A DNA stretch of 63,868 nucleotides, filler included, from Blastocystis sp. subtype 4 (lineage: Eukaryota), in NCBI RefSeq assembly GCF_000743755.1. It is 12 parts of 12 records of this genome, joined end to end, with 100 filler letters (N's around TTAATTAATTAA, not from the genome) between each part and the next. Parts side by side here need not be neighbours in the genome. Positions count along the whole stretch, not along the records: positions 1 to 5,070 come from NW_014569070.1; positions 5,171 to 10,212 come from NW_014569069.1; positions 10,313 to 15,391 come from NW_014569067.1; 9 more parts are not named here. The stretch is one strand, 5' to 3'. Below are positions 1 through 12,149 of the stretch, piece after piece (within the stretch, counting starts at the first letter, position 1; the number at the start of each line of letters is the position of its first letter). The notes beneath the pieces were generated by a model. That model worked only from the letters and a program-made list of their open reading frames with translations. It searched no databases and was not told where the DNA came from. The translations under genes and the position numbers were made by a program.

Positions 1-136
1 TGGTGTGAAGGAGGACAGCAAGGTTACGATTCCTACAACGAAGGGTGAGATGAAGAAGGAAGTGGAGAAGAGAAGAGAGAAACGGATGCTATCTCTTGGA
101 CAAAGAGCAAAAGCATTGGAGAAGGGAAAGAAGTGA
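1..136 (+). CDS. 3' end of an unidentified protein (lysine/glutamate-rich tail)
   Basis: Open frame ...EKRREKRMLSLGQRAKALEKGKK* ending TGA at 136, followed by TGTTTGTT near 160. Confidence 0.5.
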   Translation, partial: GVKEDSKVTIPTTKGEMKKEVEKRREKRMLSLGQRAKALEKGKK

Positions 137-196
137 ACGTTGTCTTTTATTCTGTTGTGTGTTTGTTTAGCTACATCTCTTGAGTGATTCATAATC

Positions 197-1568
197 ATGT
201 CCCACAAAGAGGCCATTGATTTTGAAAATGCACTCGATGGTGCGGGACCTCTGAAATCTGAAGTTGTTGCTCGCTGGCAACGAAAGATCCGTGACAAATC
301 TCAACAACAGGCTCAGTCTGTCCGAATTCAAATATTCTAGTGATGTGTAGAGTGGTCCTACAGTTGGAACCCATGATCAACTAGATATTGCTCGAAGTAG
401 TTATAACTTGACAGAAGAATCAAAATCATCGGAGCCACGTTCTGTTGATTCGGCTGTTCGTGTATTAGCCTATAAGGAAAGTGTTCCTACACCTGAAATC
501 GGATATCAGAATAGTCTGCGGATCCTATATTCCAAAGTAAATGAAAATGAACGGTTGACAGCGATCCCAACACGGCCGTTACCGCAATCTCCAGAGAAGA
601 CTTTGAATGCACCAGATTTGCGCAATGATTACTACTTGAACTTGTTAGATTGGGGATCCAACAACGTTTTGGCTGTTGCATTGGAGGACACCGTCTATCT
701 TTGGAATCCTTCCAGTGGTGGTGTGGATCAAATCCAAATATGTGATGATGGAAATTACATTTGTTCTGTTGCTTGGCTGAAAGATGGAGGAAATTACTTG
801 GCTGTCGGTACATCCAATAACGTGATTCAATTGTGGGACACGCAACAACACCGAAAGACACGAACAATGGGCGGTCATCAAGGTCGGGTAAGTAGTCTTG
901 CTTGGAACCATCATATTCTCAGTTCAGGAGGCAAAGACTCTATCGTAATCAACCATGATGTTCGTATCGCCAATCATATCTCTACTGTCTATCATGGTCA
1001 TGTCCAAGAAGTGTGTGGCCTTGCTTGGTCGCTTGACGGATCGTATCTTGCTTCAGGCGGAAATGATAACAAATTGTGCATTTACGATTCCTGTGCTGCA
1101 GGAGATGTTGATGCTACCTACATTCTCACAGATCATATGGCTGCTGTAAAGGCCCTTGCATGGTGTCCTTATCAGAGAAATGTACTTGCTACAGGAGGCG
1201 GTTCTGCAGATCGGTGCATTAAACTATGGAATGTGTCCACAGGGACGTTATTGAATAGTATGGACACTGGATCCCAAGTGTGCTCATTACGCTGGAATCC
1301 TCACGAAAAGGAACTTCTCTCCTCTCATGGATATGCCAAGAATCAACTATGTTTATGGAAGTATCCTAGTATGAGTTTAATCAAAGAGTTTTTCGGCCAT
1401 GAGTCTCGTATTCTTCATCTCGCGGTTTCTCCTGATGGAACTGTAGTCTGTTCGGCGGGTGCTGACGAGAAATTGTGTTTCTGGCGACTCTTCGGCACAA
1501 GTCGGACAGAAAAGAAGGGAATGAACTTTGATAATTCATCATATGCAAGTTTCGAACGTATTCGTTAG
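197..1568 (+). CDS. CDC20: APC/C activator Cdc20/Fizzy (WD40)
   Basis: ATG at 197, ARWQRK motif, 31-nt GT-AG intron 320-350, LNAPDLRNDYYLNLLDW, WD40 repeats, C-terminal IR tail. Confidence 0.93.
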
Positions 1569-1660
1569 AACCACGGTTTTTTTAGGATATCTTGTGTGTT
1601 CAAAACCAGTTGTTGTATTCATAATTGTCACCTTTTGTACTGTGACATTGTTTCCATCCC

Positions 1661-2407
1661 ATGAACCTAATGGATTCAGAGTTTGCTGGTCAACCGCCGA
1701 AGTTACCAGCATCAACGTATTATTCGGAAAGTGGTGATGGTCTACATCGTTCATCGACTACTCATTCAACTCTACCATACAGTGAGTTATCTTCGAGTCT
1801 TGGTGCTTCTTCTCTTTCTTCCAGCCGATTGCATTGTAAAATAGAGAGTGTCGTTAGTTCAGGTAGCAGCTACTCCTATAGTGGTAGTGGGTCACGCCGC
1901 AATTCGTATTCCTATGATTCTATCGAAAATGATAATATTGTCATGTCAAAGGACATCTCCCCTATTCGACGGCGCTTTTCTAATGATTCTCTAGACCAGA
2001 ATGTTCCTAAGAGTTCCCAAGGTGATATCATTTCTCCAAATCAAAGGAGTTCAATGAGTCACACCTATTATTCTGTTCCATCGAATGCAAGTTCGGAGAG
2101 TCTTGGTGATTCAATTCGCAACTCACTACCATTGAGTAGTTCTACATGGCAAGTAGTTCGCAAACCCTCAAGGGAATCCAATGTCACAAAGTATATATTT
2201 GTAAAATGTAAGAAGCGACATCCTTCAGAGAACAGCGATAGTGACTGTTCTCATAATCATTCGCAAAGTAAACGCAATAGCTTTGTCCTTGAAGAGAATA
2301 TTTCAGATCGCTCGACACCCGTTGTTGATAATTCATCTTTACGGGATATTTCTTCATCCGAACTGCTACGTATGTTAGATTCTGCATATGAATATGTGTT
2401 ATCTTGA
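1661..2407 (+). CDS. Serine-rich hypothetical protein
   Basis: 248-aa ORF followed by TGTTTGTT near 2416. Confidence 0.6.
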   Translation: MNLMDSEFAGQPPKLPASTYYSESGDGLHRSSTTHSTLPYSELSSSLGASSLSSSRLHCKIESVVSSGSSYSYSGSGSRRNSYSYDSIENDNIVMSKDISPIRRRFSNDSLDQNVPKSSQGDIISPNQRSSMSHTYYSVPSNASSESLGDSIRNSLPLSSSTWQVVRKPSRESNVTKYIFVKCKKRHPSENSDSDCSHNHSQSKRNSFVLEENISDRSTPVVDNSSLRDISSSELLRMLDSAYEYVLS

Positions 2408-2467
2408 TTGCAATTTGTTTGTTATCAATGCAAATTCGATGTGAAAGTTGTGCAAACAAACATATAA

Positions 2468-3289
2468 TCATTTCACATAGTTATAGGTCAATATGGATAC
2501 AACAAAAATAGTGATATTATCATAGTTGGGAATAGTTAAGGTTTCTGTCAAACCGCACACAATAGACACAATGAGTGCGTTCATTACATAATTCTTGTCT
2601 GCAATTCTCATGAGATTCTGTCTAGATATCAAATCATCAAACGGTTTCCACATGGAGAGATACTGACAGACACTGACAATACCCACTGTACTGAAAAAGA
2701 CGTAGGCAACTAGACCATACCATGATTTTGAACGGTTCCACCATAATGAACGATTACCACTTCGGATGGAACCAATCCAAGCTGCAAACCCATCTCCAAA
2801 TGACACCGTCATTATAATAAAGACTGCGTCCAACTGTTTCCAAAAGAAATATGTCACCAATGTCATAATCACACCATAGTGGACAGGTCCCATTGATAAC
2901 TCAGATGCTTTTCCCGTCCGGCTCATTGTTTTCACAATGACATCACTAGAGATGTATCCCTTCCCAACAACCCAAAAGACAATTGTAAACATAAAGGGAA
3001 CTAGATCATTAGACTACACATCGTCACAACACACTTGACATGGCTAAATACATTGCTTTTTCTGTATTGGGGAAAAGCGGCCAACACATCAAAAATACAG
3101 GTGCCATCACTACAAATAACGAATAAAATGCATATAAAGACAAATATGGAGTAGCTTTCTTGATACTGCTGATGAACACACATTGAAGTAACGAGTGATC
3201 ATAACAGAAAATGCAACTGCCGAGGTTGTTCCCAACGTATACAGGAACGCTTCTTGGTTGGTCAGAGGGAATGGACTGAATAGACCCAT
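2468..3289 (-). CDS. Phytol/farnesol/dolichol kinase-like membrane protein (CTP-dependent), intron-containing
   Basis: Motifs SRKLLHI, GPVHYG, GDGFAAWIG, KSWYG, DNITI across exons. Confidence 0.8.
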
Positions 3290-3340
3290 GAGATTGTGAC
3301 AAACAAACAAACGACCCACTAATCGTACACACCCAATTGA

Positions 3341-4730
3341 TCAAACAGAAAAGACTCTTTTGCCCCTTCACAAAGTGGAAGCATCTCTTTTAGCCTTATG
3401 TTCCTTTGCTTCAAATCTGCAATATAACCCTAGATTTCATTCCCCTTCAGTGTATTCACTTTCATTAATAAATCCATATCCGTCAAACGACCTTGAACCC
3501 GCCTACTTCGCATATGTCCATCGTATCGAGTACTAATCTTTATACAATGTGGCTACAATACCTCGGATGAGGAACATGTACAACAAAGGAGTGAAGTAAT
3601 ACTCGGAATGTATAATTCCTTTCACGTAATTGATATATCCAAATCAACTTGTTCATTCCATAATCGATATATCTCTCATCAAATGAAGGTAAAATGAAGG
3701 AACCCGAGATCATGTTCGATTAGGATATGTAAAGAAGAATCTCGCTTCACGACAACATATGGTTCATATCCCTCATTCTTAAAGCACTCCACATCAAAGA
3801 GATATTCTGAATGATTCGTTATGGATTCCCATCGATCGTAATCTGTTGATGTCTAATTCTCACTTCATTCCTCTTTTCATACATGTGTCAACTGCTGTTC
3901 TTTAAATCTCTCGCATGGTCCATACTTCAAACACGACATTAGTTCCATACGATGATGAGGAACCAAAAACAGATGTCTGAACCAGCATTTCTCCAAATCC
4001 AAGCAGACACCATCTTTCCGACGGTTGCTAACTCGTGTATTCTCGAGGACTCGGAATTGTTTACTGTTATAGTTCACTTCGTATGCAGGTATCACAATGG
4101 CCTGGTTTTGAATTTCTAAAATCTCTTTTGGAAGATCCTTGATCGTCTCATAGAGATCGGCTATATGTTACTTCTGACTCAATGCCAAACATGCTGGCCA
4201 CAGATCAATATCTGTTAGGAAGAAATGAGATGTATGAACTCCCTGAATAGCGACATTTCGCAGATGATTGATGGGATAATGCTCTGATGGATCGACCACG
4301 ATCGTTACATTTAACCGACTAGGAAATCGACTCTCAACAAGAAACGATTCCAATTGGCTTCTCTCATCTTCACTACGAACACAAACTGCTATACTCAAGA
4401 ATCTATATCATTATCCGTACACCAATCCCATTCCCATTCCAACGATGTACAATCTCATCAGCATACAATAGAAAACGATCCAGACTATTCCTTGAATCTC
4501 TCAATGGATTCTTACCTAGACTGAGAGACATAGGTCACATCAAAACTCTCTTTGTTTATTGTTTCTTCTTTTTCGCATTCTTCAGTCTCTTTGTTGCTAA
4601 ATAAAAGACTTCTAGAAATAAGATTCTTATCTTGGGAAACGAACAACAACAGCACAACTGTTGTCCCTATCCAAAACAGATTCGCAGATAAACCAAAGAG
4701 AAATCGTCTTTGGTTTCTAGTCCAAACCAT
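3341..4730 (-). CDS. LARGE/B4GAT1-like (GT49) glycosyltransferase, type II membrane protein, multi-exon
   Basis: N-terminal TM; YPINHLRNVA, FFLTDIDLWP (DxD), VIPAYEV, EPYVVVK. Confidence 0.8.
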
Positions 4731-4782
4731 TTTTGAACAAACAATCCATACAACTACAAGAGAAATATCAACAATGATTACA

Positions 4783-4845
4783 CAAGTAGTTCAGAGAGAA
4801 ACCAGCTTTGAAAAGCTTTCGGAGTCACCCATCATAGAAACTCGA
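4783..4845 (-). promoter_or_regulatory. SECIS element (type II-like) in the TrxR 3' UTR
   Basis: Minus strand AUGA-12 nt-AAA-GCUUU(UC)AAAGC-...-UGA, about 70 nt after the stop of a gene with an in-frame UGA. Confidence 0.75.
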
Positions 4846-4916
4846 TCCATCATCTTGACTTTCTCATTAAATACCCTTAGTTGTTGCAAGTGTCGAATAC
4901 TCACTCCAACTAAGGC

Positions 4917-5070
4917 TTAACCTCAGCATCCTCCTTTCTTCGCCGAGGCTCCACTCCGTTTGGTCACACTAAGTGTAGTGAATTCCTCTGCGATTGTTGG
5001 ATGAATACCTACCAAATCCATGAAGTTCTTATATGTAGCTCCTGTCTGGAAAGCCAATCCGAATCCCTGT
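4917..5070 (-). CDS. TXNRD: Thioredoxin reductase (high-MW, selenoprotein) C-terminus, partial
   Basis: QGFGLAFQTGATYKNFMDLVGIHPTIAEEFTTLSVTKRSGASAKKGGC-TGA-G-TAA, i.e. the GCUG redox tail. Confidence 0.9.
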
Positions 5071-5170
5071 NNNNNNNNNNNNNNNNNNNNNNNNNNNNNN
5101 NNNNNNNNNNNNNNTTAATTAATTAANNNNNNNNNNNNNNNNNNNNNNNNNNNNNNNNNNNNNNNNNNNN
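5071..5170. other. Artificial contig spacer (N run + TTAATTAATTAA); also at 10213, 15392, 24009, 29037, 34048, 39045, 44023, 49943, 54857, 59726
   Basis: Identical 100-bp linker with stops in all six frames. Confidence 0.98.
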
Positions 5171-5270
5171 GAAGAAATACATCAAGTTTGTACCAACTGT
5201 TGCTAATGATTATCAACTCATTCAATTCTTGAGTGATTCAAATATGAGTAAGAATCACTGGATTAATGAG

Positions 5271-5955
5271 AGGTCTGAGACCTAGCATGCACATCGGAAG
5301 CTACGGCGCTGGGTGCCGTGCTTCCTTGTGGTGATGCAATAATTGTGTGCTAAATGGTAGAGAAAATGATCAAGATGTGGGATTAAGAAGAACAGAATGC
5401 TTAATAATGTATACTAATTTACTTTGATACTAATATGCATTGATTATTAACTGGATAGAAAAATGGAAGATGGCTGGAGTGACGGGTAGTTTTAGAAAGT
5501 TTTATATAATATGCCAAAATGGAAATCGACCCATTTTTACCTTTCCATTTTGAAAGAGTTTTATGAAATCCACCCGTCATCCATCACTCCGTCACCTTTT
5601 AAGCCCATGATCAAGCCAAAAGATGGACCTATTTAAAGGAAAGGTGACGGGTTGATTTTGTCGTTTTCCATTTCCCCATACCAATTCATTTTGATGCAGT
5701 CATCCATCACTCAATCATCTTCCGTATTTCTATCCAGTTTTATGAACAACAAATTAACCCATATTTTCGGTCACACATTTGGTGGTTGTTCTTCACCCTG
5801 TTTGCTGTACCATCTTTAGTGTTAGAGAGTTTGTTTTACTTTGTTCACACCATTTAACCATTTTCTTTACCATTTAGCATACAATTATTGCGTCAGCACA
5901 AGGAGGTGCAGTGTTTGCGCTGCGCCCTCTGCAGTGCACGCTTGGCCTCAGGTCT
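5271..5955. mobile_element. Non-autonomous repeat-A derivative with two inverted, diverged hairpin ends and GTGACGGG-type iterons
   Basis: 5271-5470 is an imperfect inverted copy of about 5720-5955; both arms end in the A-type double hairpin; no ORF and no obvious TSD. Confidence 0.8.
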
Positions 5956-5984
5956 CTATACATCTTACAATGAACATTTTCAAT

Positions 5985-6692
5985 CCAACTTATCAAAATC
6001 GATAATACAAAGGCGTCTTATCACGCTTTCTTCAAAACACATTTTTCATTCATTCTTTCATATTTCATTCATATTCACATTTCTATTCGAATCATACTAT
6101 CCAAACATCCTTATTCACACTTCTATCTTCTCATCTATTCTTATCTATCACCAACCTAATCATCTTAGGCTGGTTTTCATTCCCTTCTTTACTCATCCCT
6201 TTCAATGATCGATTATCACTTCATTCATTTCTTGATAGTAAACAATCAGATTCACACTACCTTGTAATAGACTCGATTGTTCTTAACTTTCCCGAGGGGA
6301 CATCTTCATCTTATCAACCTCTAATCTGTATTCTTATGGTTCTCTATCATCTAACAACTATGTTCTCTTCTCATGATTTTGGTACTCATCATCTACTCTC
6401 ATTCACACAATGTCTCTTTCAGAACGGTGTCTCATCCATATACTCGGTCACCATTAGGACGTAACTTATGAATGTGTAATGGTACCATTCTCAGGGAAGC
6501 TTCGTGTTGCCAGGGTGTATGGTTGATTTGATGAAGAAGTCACCCTACTATTCTCCAACAGGAATAGTGGTTGGATTCATGAGCTGTCAAGCAATCACTC
6601 GAGACTTGGGCCACTCGGGAACTAGTCCGAGGCCTCGCAGGTATGGACGTTAAGTGCCCTCTAGGGCATCTATGTAGCGTGTATAGTGTTTA
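5985..6692 (+). repeat. Repeat B copy 1
   Basis: Homologous to 37126-37861 and 42659-43270; ends GGACGTTAAGTGCCCTCTAGGGCATCTATGTAG...AGTGTTTA. Confidence 0.9.
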
Positions 6693-6734
6693 ACAATAAC
6701 CCTTCCTTCATTGTCAACAAATAAGTCCAGTTTA

Positions 6735-9480
6735 CTAGAATACTTCACAACAACTATCATTCTTTAGTTGATTTGTGTTCCTCTGTCTTATGAAACGATC
6801 AAGAGAATCAGCATCTCAATGATTATTCATTATTCAATCACACTTGAACTATGCAGTTTATTCACACGGCCGAATGCACAATCCATCTGAATTCCTTCTT
6901 CAGTGAGTGATGGAATGTCTAATTCAAATTCAATATTATATCATACTCTCCAGTATCACTTTTCCCATATTCAATAAATTGTCACCATCTCCTTTGAGTG
7001 TAGATAAAGAAGGAAGATCTAGTTTTTCAATCATGCTCTTTCATACTCTTCATTATTAGTTGATTTGATTTTCTAGTGTCCCATTTACCTCTAAGAGACT
7101 CATATCCTAGAGTGATAGATTGAAGTTGAATCAAATCTCATTCATTATTCCATCATCAATGATACTCTCAAATACAATAGAATAACAATCATTGAATGCT
7201 TCTCTTCCCAATTCTATCATGTTGAGAGAAGGGAGATTAGACAAAATGAATCTTTCTTTTCCTACTCTCCCTTGAATAATAATGGATTTAACAGAACATA
7301 TTAGTTCTTCCATTTGACTGCTATCTGAAATCCAGAATGCAGATGTTTGATGTGATATCACGTTATTTGACGGAACTACTTCATTATTATTCTTGGTGAT
7401 GTAGTATTCAAGAGAATCAGCATCTTAATAACAATATAGTCTTTTTTTGTACTTGAACTGTCCATTTCTTTCACATAACCAAATGATCTTCTCATCTGTA
7501 TACTATCTTTAGTGAGTGATGGAATGTCTAATTCAAATTCAATTATCGATAATCACTATTCAATTGCACTTTGCCTATCCTTTCTAAACTGTAATAATCT
7601 CCTTTGAATGTAGATAGAGAAGGGAGATCTAATCAATCAATCATAATTACCATTCATACTTTTCATTATCAATTCATTTGTTTCTACATTACCATTATCA
7701 CCATATAGAGCCTTATTTCCAAGAATGATGGATTGAAGTCGAATCAGATCTCATTTATCATTCATTCAATCATTCATACTATCAAATACTATCCATTTAC
7801 AATTACAGAATGCACAACGATCTAATTGAATGGATATGAGAGAAGGTAGATTCTTCAATTCAAATGATTTATACCAATAGAATGATCCATCTTCAATGTG
7901 GATTTCACTCAATTGATCACAATTCATTATCACACATTTGCTTCCAATTCTATTACAGCAAATGAGTTCAAAGCTTTTCTTTCCGATGTACAATTTCTGC
8001 AATTCATTCAATCCATCAATCACAAATTGATCCATATTCTTAAAACAATCATTTCCAATCACAAGTCTCTCAATTCCATTCAAACAGTCAACATCAAATC
8101 CACTAAAATAATTTCCATATCCATCTTCAAATCGTTTGGTTGAAGCATATGCTCCTTCGATCCATCTTCCACTTCTAATCACTTCTCCATTCTCATTCAA
8201 TTCCTTTCCAGCTCCATGTCTCAATCCATTCTTCCATTCTCCAATATACGCAGCAGAGTATCCTTTGAATTCACTTCCATATCCTTCTCTCTTTCCATTC
8301 TTCCATCCACCTACATACAATGCACTCTTTCCATCATCTCCATATTCTTTACCTTCTCCTTCTCGAACAAATCCTTTCATATCTCCTTCAAATCCTCCTT
8401 CATATACTCTCATTCCATTATCATCATATTCAATCATACATTCTCCTTTCCATTCTCTCAATACTCTCATCATTACTCCATTCTTGTATTCACATTCTCG
8501 AACCATTCTTCCTCCTTCATACTCAAAACACTTACCATTCTTCAATAATCCAGATTCATCATATTCACTCACACTCAACAAATCTCCATTCATATTCACT
8601 TCTTTGAAGAATCCATCCATTCTTTCCATTTCAGGATGAATCACAAATCCATTCACCATATCTCCAAACCATACTCCTTCATACACCTTCTTTCCATTAT
8701 CATCAAACAATATCATTCTTCTTCCAATGAATTCTCGAATTACTCTCTTCATTCTTCCATTCTCATATACACATTCTCTCTTCAAGTGTCCTGATTCCAC
8801 TTCAAAACATATCCCATTCTTCATCCACTTATCATCATATTCACTCACACTCAACAAATCTCCATTCACACTTATCTCTGAATAGAATCCCTTCATTCCT
8901 TCTTGTTCTTTCAGTGCTACATATCGCTTTCCATTTTGATACAATCCTCTCCACACCTCATTTCCACTGTTATCATATTCTATCCACATTCCAACTTCCT
9001 TTCCTTTTGATACTCTTCCTTTCAATACTGTGTTTCCATACTTATTCATCTTGGTCACTTCTCCTTCACATTCATCATTCACAAACATCATTCTCATAAA
9101 TAGTGTTCCATCTTCTCTCACAATCATTCCAATTCCTTCTTTCTTTCCTTCATTCATTGATACTACCAACTCATATACATCATTATCTATCAATAATCCA
9201 ATAATTTCGTTTCCATTCAATTCATCACCATTCTTTACTTCAATACTCCTTATCTCACAATCACCAAGGAATTCAAGACATGAACTACTATTCCTAATAT
9301 CGATGTTACTCATATCAGTCTAAGAATCAATGAACAATTCATTACCCTTCATATTAATGAATTCATAATGAATATCATATGGAAGGAGGTTGACAATGAT
9401 TATCACTCATTCTATCCATATTCAACCATTCTATTCATATTCATCATTCCATTCCATTCATCTAATCTCACAATCAATCT
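6735..9480 (-). CDS. MORN-repeat plus BspA-like LRR protein, multi-exon, C-terminal CCEVF
   Basis: YEGGFEG/YVGGWKNGKREGYG MORN repeats in the 515-aa ORF, followed by LPSLISI-type LRR exons; start approximate. Confidence 0.8.
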
Positions 9481-10312
9481 TTTCATCGCATCATTCAATC
9501 ATTCATTCCCGTGATTCTAATCAGTTTATATCATTTCACATTACAATCAATCAAACATCAATACTAATTCTGTCATCATTCTTACCACAATTCGGATCCC
9601 CAATTACGCCATTCCACATTAGCCCATTTCATTCATTTCAATCCACATTCACTTTCATTCATATCTCATTATTCTACTATATTCTACTATCATCTCTTCA
9701 TTCCTATTCAATATTACTGAATACAATCACGGGGATATCATTCTCATCATTCATTACTCATATCATTCATTTCTTATTTCCATTTATATCTACACTCTCA
9801 TATCATATCAATTCTATTCATATCTCATCATCCATCAACATCACTTTGTTATCATTTCATTAATTCATATCTGTTGATTTCAATAGCTTTTGGAAGTTAT
9901 ATTCTCATTATGATTTCTAAGATTGAGCTGACAGAACTAAGGAACACCCTTCATGAATGATTTCCATGTAAAGAGTGTTGAAATGGCTGATTCAACAAAA
10001 CATGAAGAAGGAAATGCAGTGATTCTGTTTTCAGGAAAGCATGAAGGATACAAGATGAAAGTGAATTTGAAGAAAGGAATAAAGGGAAGGGAGTGATGTA
10101 TCGAGAGAACAATACAGTGTTTATGAAACCCTGATTTGTGAATGATATAGCAGAAGGAGAGTTCACAGAAAGGGATAGATAGGACTGTGATAAGGAAAGA
10201 ATGTTTGTATGANNNNNNNNNNNNNNNNNNNNNNNNNNNNNNNNNNNNNNNNNNNNTTAATTAATTAANNNNNNNNNNNNNNNNNNNNNNNNNNNNNNNN
10301 NNNNNNNNNNNN

Positions 10313-12149
10313 TTCATTCAAGTTTCTTCGAAGTGTTGTGATTGGTAATAGCTGTTTCGGATATGTTCTGGCATTCTCGATAGTGGGACTCAATTGGCTT
10401 GAATCAGTCAGGATTGGTTCTTCCAGTTTTGGGAGTGGTGGTCCATTATGGGAGGGCAGTGAGTTGAAGATTGTGAATTGTCCACAATTGAAGAGTTTGA
10501 GTATTGGAGGTGGTTCATTTGTTCGATACAATTGGTTTGAATTGTCTCATTTACCTCAACTGAAATCTGTAGAAATAGTAAGTGATCGTTACAATAATGG
10601 ACATGGTTTTCAATATGCTCCTAAAGCAGTATTCAGAGGTATGAATGATGGAAGAGATGGATTGTAGACTTGCCATCATTGGGAAGAATCAATTTAGAAT
10701 CTTATGTCTTCCAGAATGCAGAATATGTAGTATTTGAAAGTATGTGGTAATAGGAATTGAACATATCAGATCTTCCTAAGTTGACAGTGTTACGGTTAGG
10801 GAATTATTGCTTGGTTGGTTCGACTTCTACAAAGACAACTGATGTAATTCCCTATTACTATAAGAATACTCTTATCATGAGGAGTATGTATGTTAACAGT
10901 TCTAATCATCAGATCTACCATTGTTGACAATAAGTATTGGTGGTGCTGATGTATTTAGGAATATGGGTTTTGTAACATTAGAAAGTATCACATTTGGAAC
11001 TATCAAACAATAGATGTTCGATCACCTCTCCCTATTGGAGATTATAGTTCTAATCAATTCCAATACACTCACACTCTTGAAGTGAATAGTTGATGATTGG
11101 ATTGTTGATTGAGATGTAGATGCATCTAGTCTTGCTCAGTTGATATCATCCAGTAGTGTTTATGTGAAAGCAACAGGTAAAGTGATTGATCTCAGTTCAA
11201 TTCCATTATCAGTTGAGGATCTGAGGTTTGAGGATTATTCTCAAGTGGATTCAAGTGTTCTATCATTCAATCTGTCTCCATTCTCTCATCTCAAATCCGT
11301 CACTATTGGAGATGACTCTTTTGGTTCACCAATTGAGTTCATAGCCAATGAACTGAATGAATTGATTTCAATTGATATTGGAATGAACTCATTCACAAGG
11401 AGCAGAATGTCTTGTGCTGAAAGATGGAATCGAGAGTTTCATGTGAAGAACTGTGGATGTCTGAGAGAATTGATTATTGGACGATATTCATTCTCTGATT
11501 ATTGTGTATTCGATCTATCCAATCTTCCTCAACTCAGAACCATCTCCATTGGAACTGTTGATCGATCCAATAACTTCTATTATGCTTATGATGTTGATTT
11601 GATTGGTGAGAATGAATGTGAGAAATGATTGAAAGACTTGCCTTCACTTGAATCCATATCTATTGGAAGATATTCATTTGGTGGTTGTCATTCAGTTCGA
11701 TTTGAGAGTAATGATTGAATGAATGAGTAATAATCAGATCTGACATGTTTTCAATCCATGTATCTGTTTGAAGGAGCATTTTATGGAGATTGGAGAGATG
11801 ATCGTAAATCGAATAGCACAGCTCCTTTCAATTATCGAAACATTCTAACAATGAAGAGTGATGAATAGAAGCAAGAATGATGATTAGATCTGAGTCTTCT
11901 TGTGTCAATGCGAATCCCTTCCATTTGTTTCAGGTATATTGGATCTGTTGTTTTGGAGAGTATGACAAATGAATTGAGTTGAGAGTAGATATTCCAGTTC
12001 TTTCTTCAGGTATTATCACTAGCAGTGGTAATTATCAATTTGAGAGTGTTTATGAATTGAATGCAACGAGTCTGATTAACACTTGAAGATAAGATGTAGA
12101 TGCTGTTGCTCTTGAATCGTTTATTCGAAGCCGAAGTTCCTATGTGTAG
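10313..12149 (+). CDS. BspA-like LRR family protein, 5' partial, many ~30-nt introns
   Basis: LRR units such as CPQLKSLSIGGGSF, LPQLRTISIG; TAG followed by TGTTTGTT. Confidence 0.8.

Noticed and set aside
5071..5170. TTAATTAATTAA palindromes in N runs as biological motifs
   Set aside because: Identical artificial linkers; ORFs ending in X runs and cross-spacer gene order are artefacts
7898..9863. Plus-strand Ser/Ile/His/Phe-rich ORFs
   Set aside because: Antisense shadows of the purine-rich MORN-LRR gene
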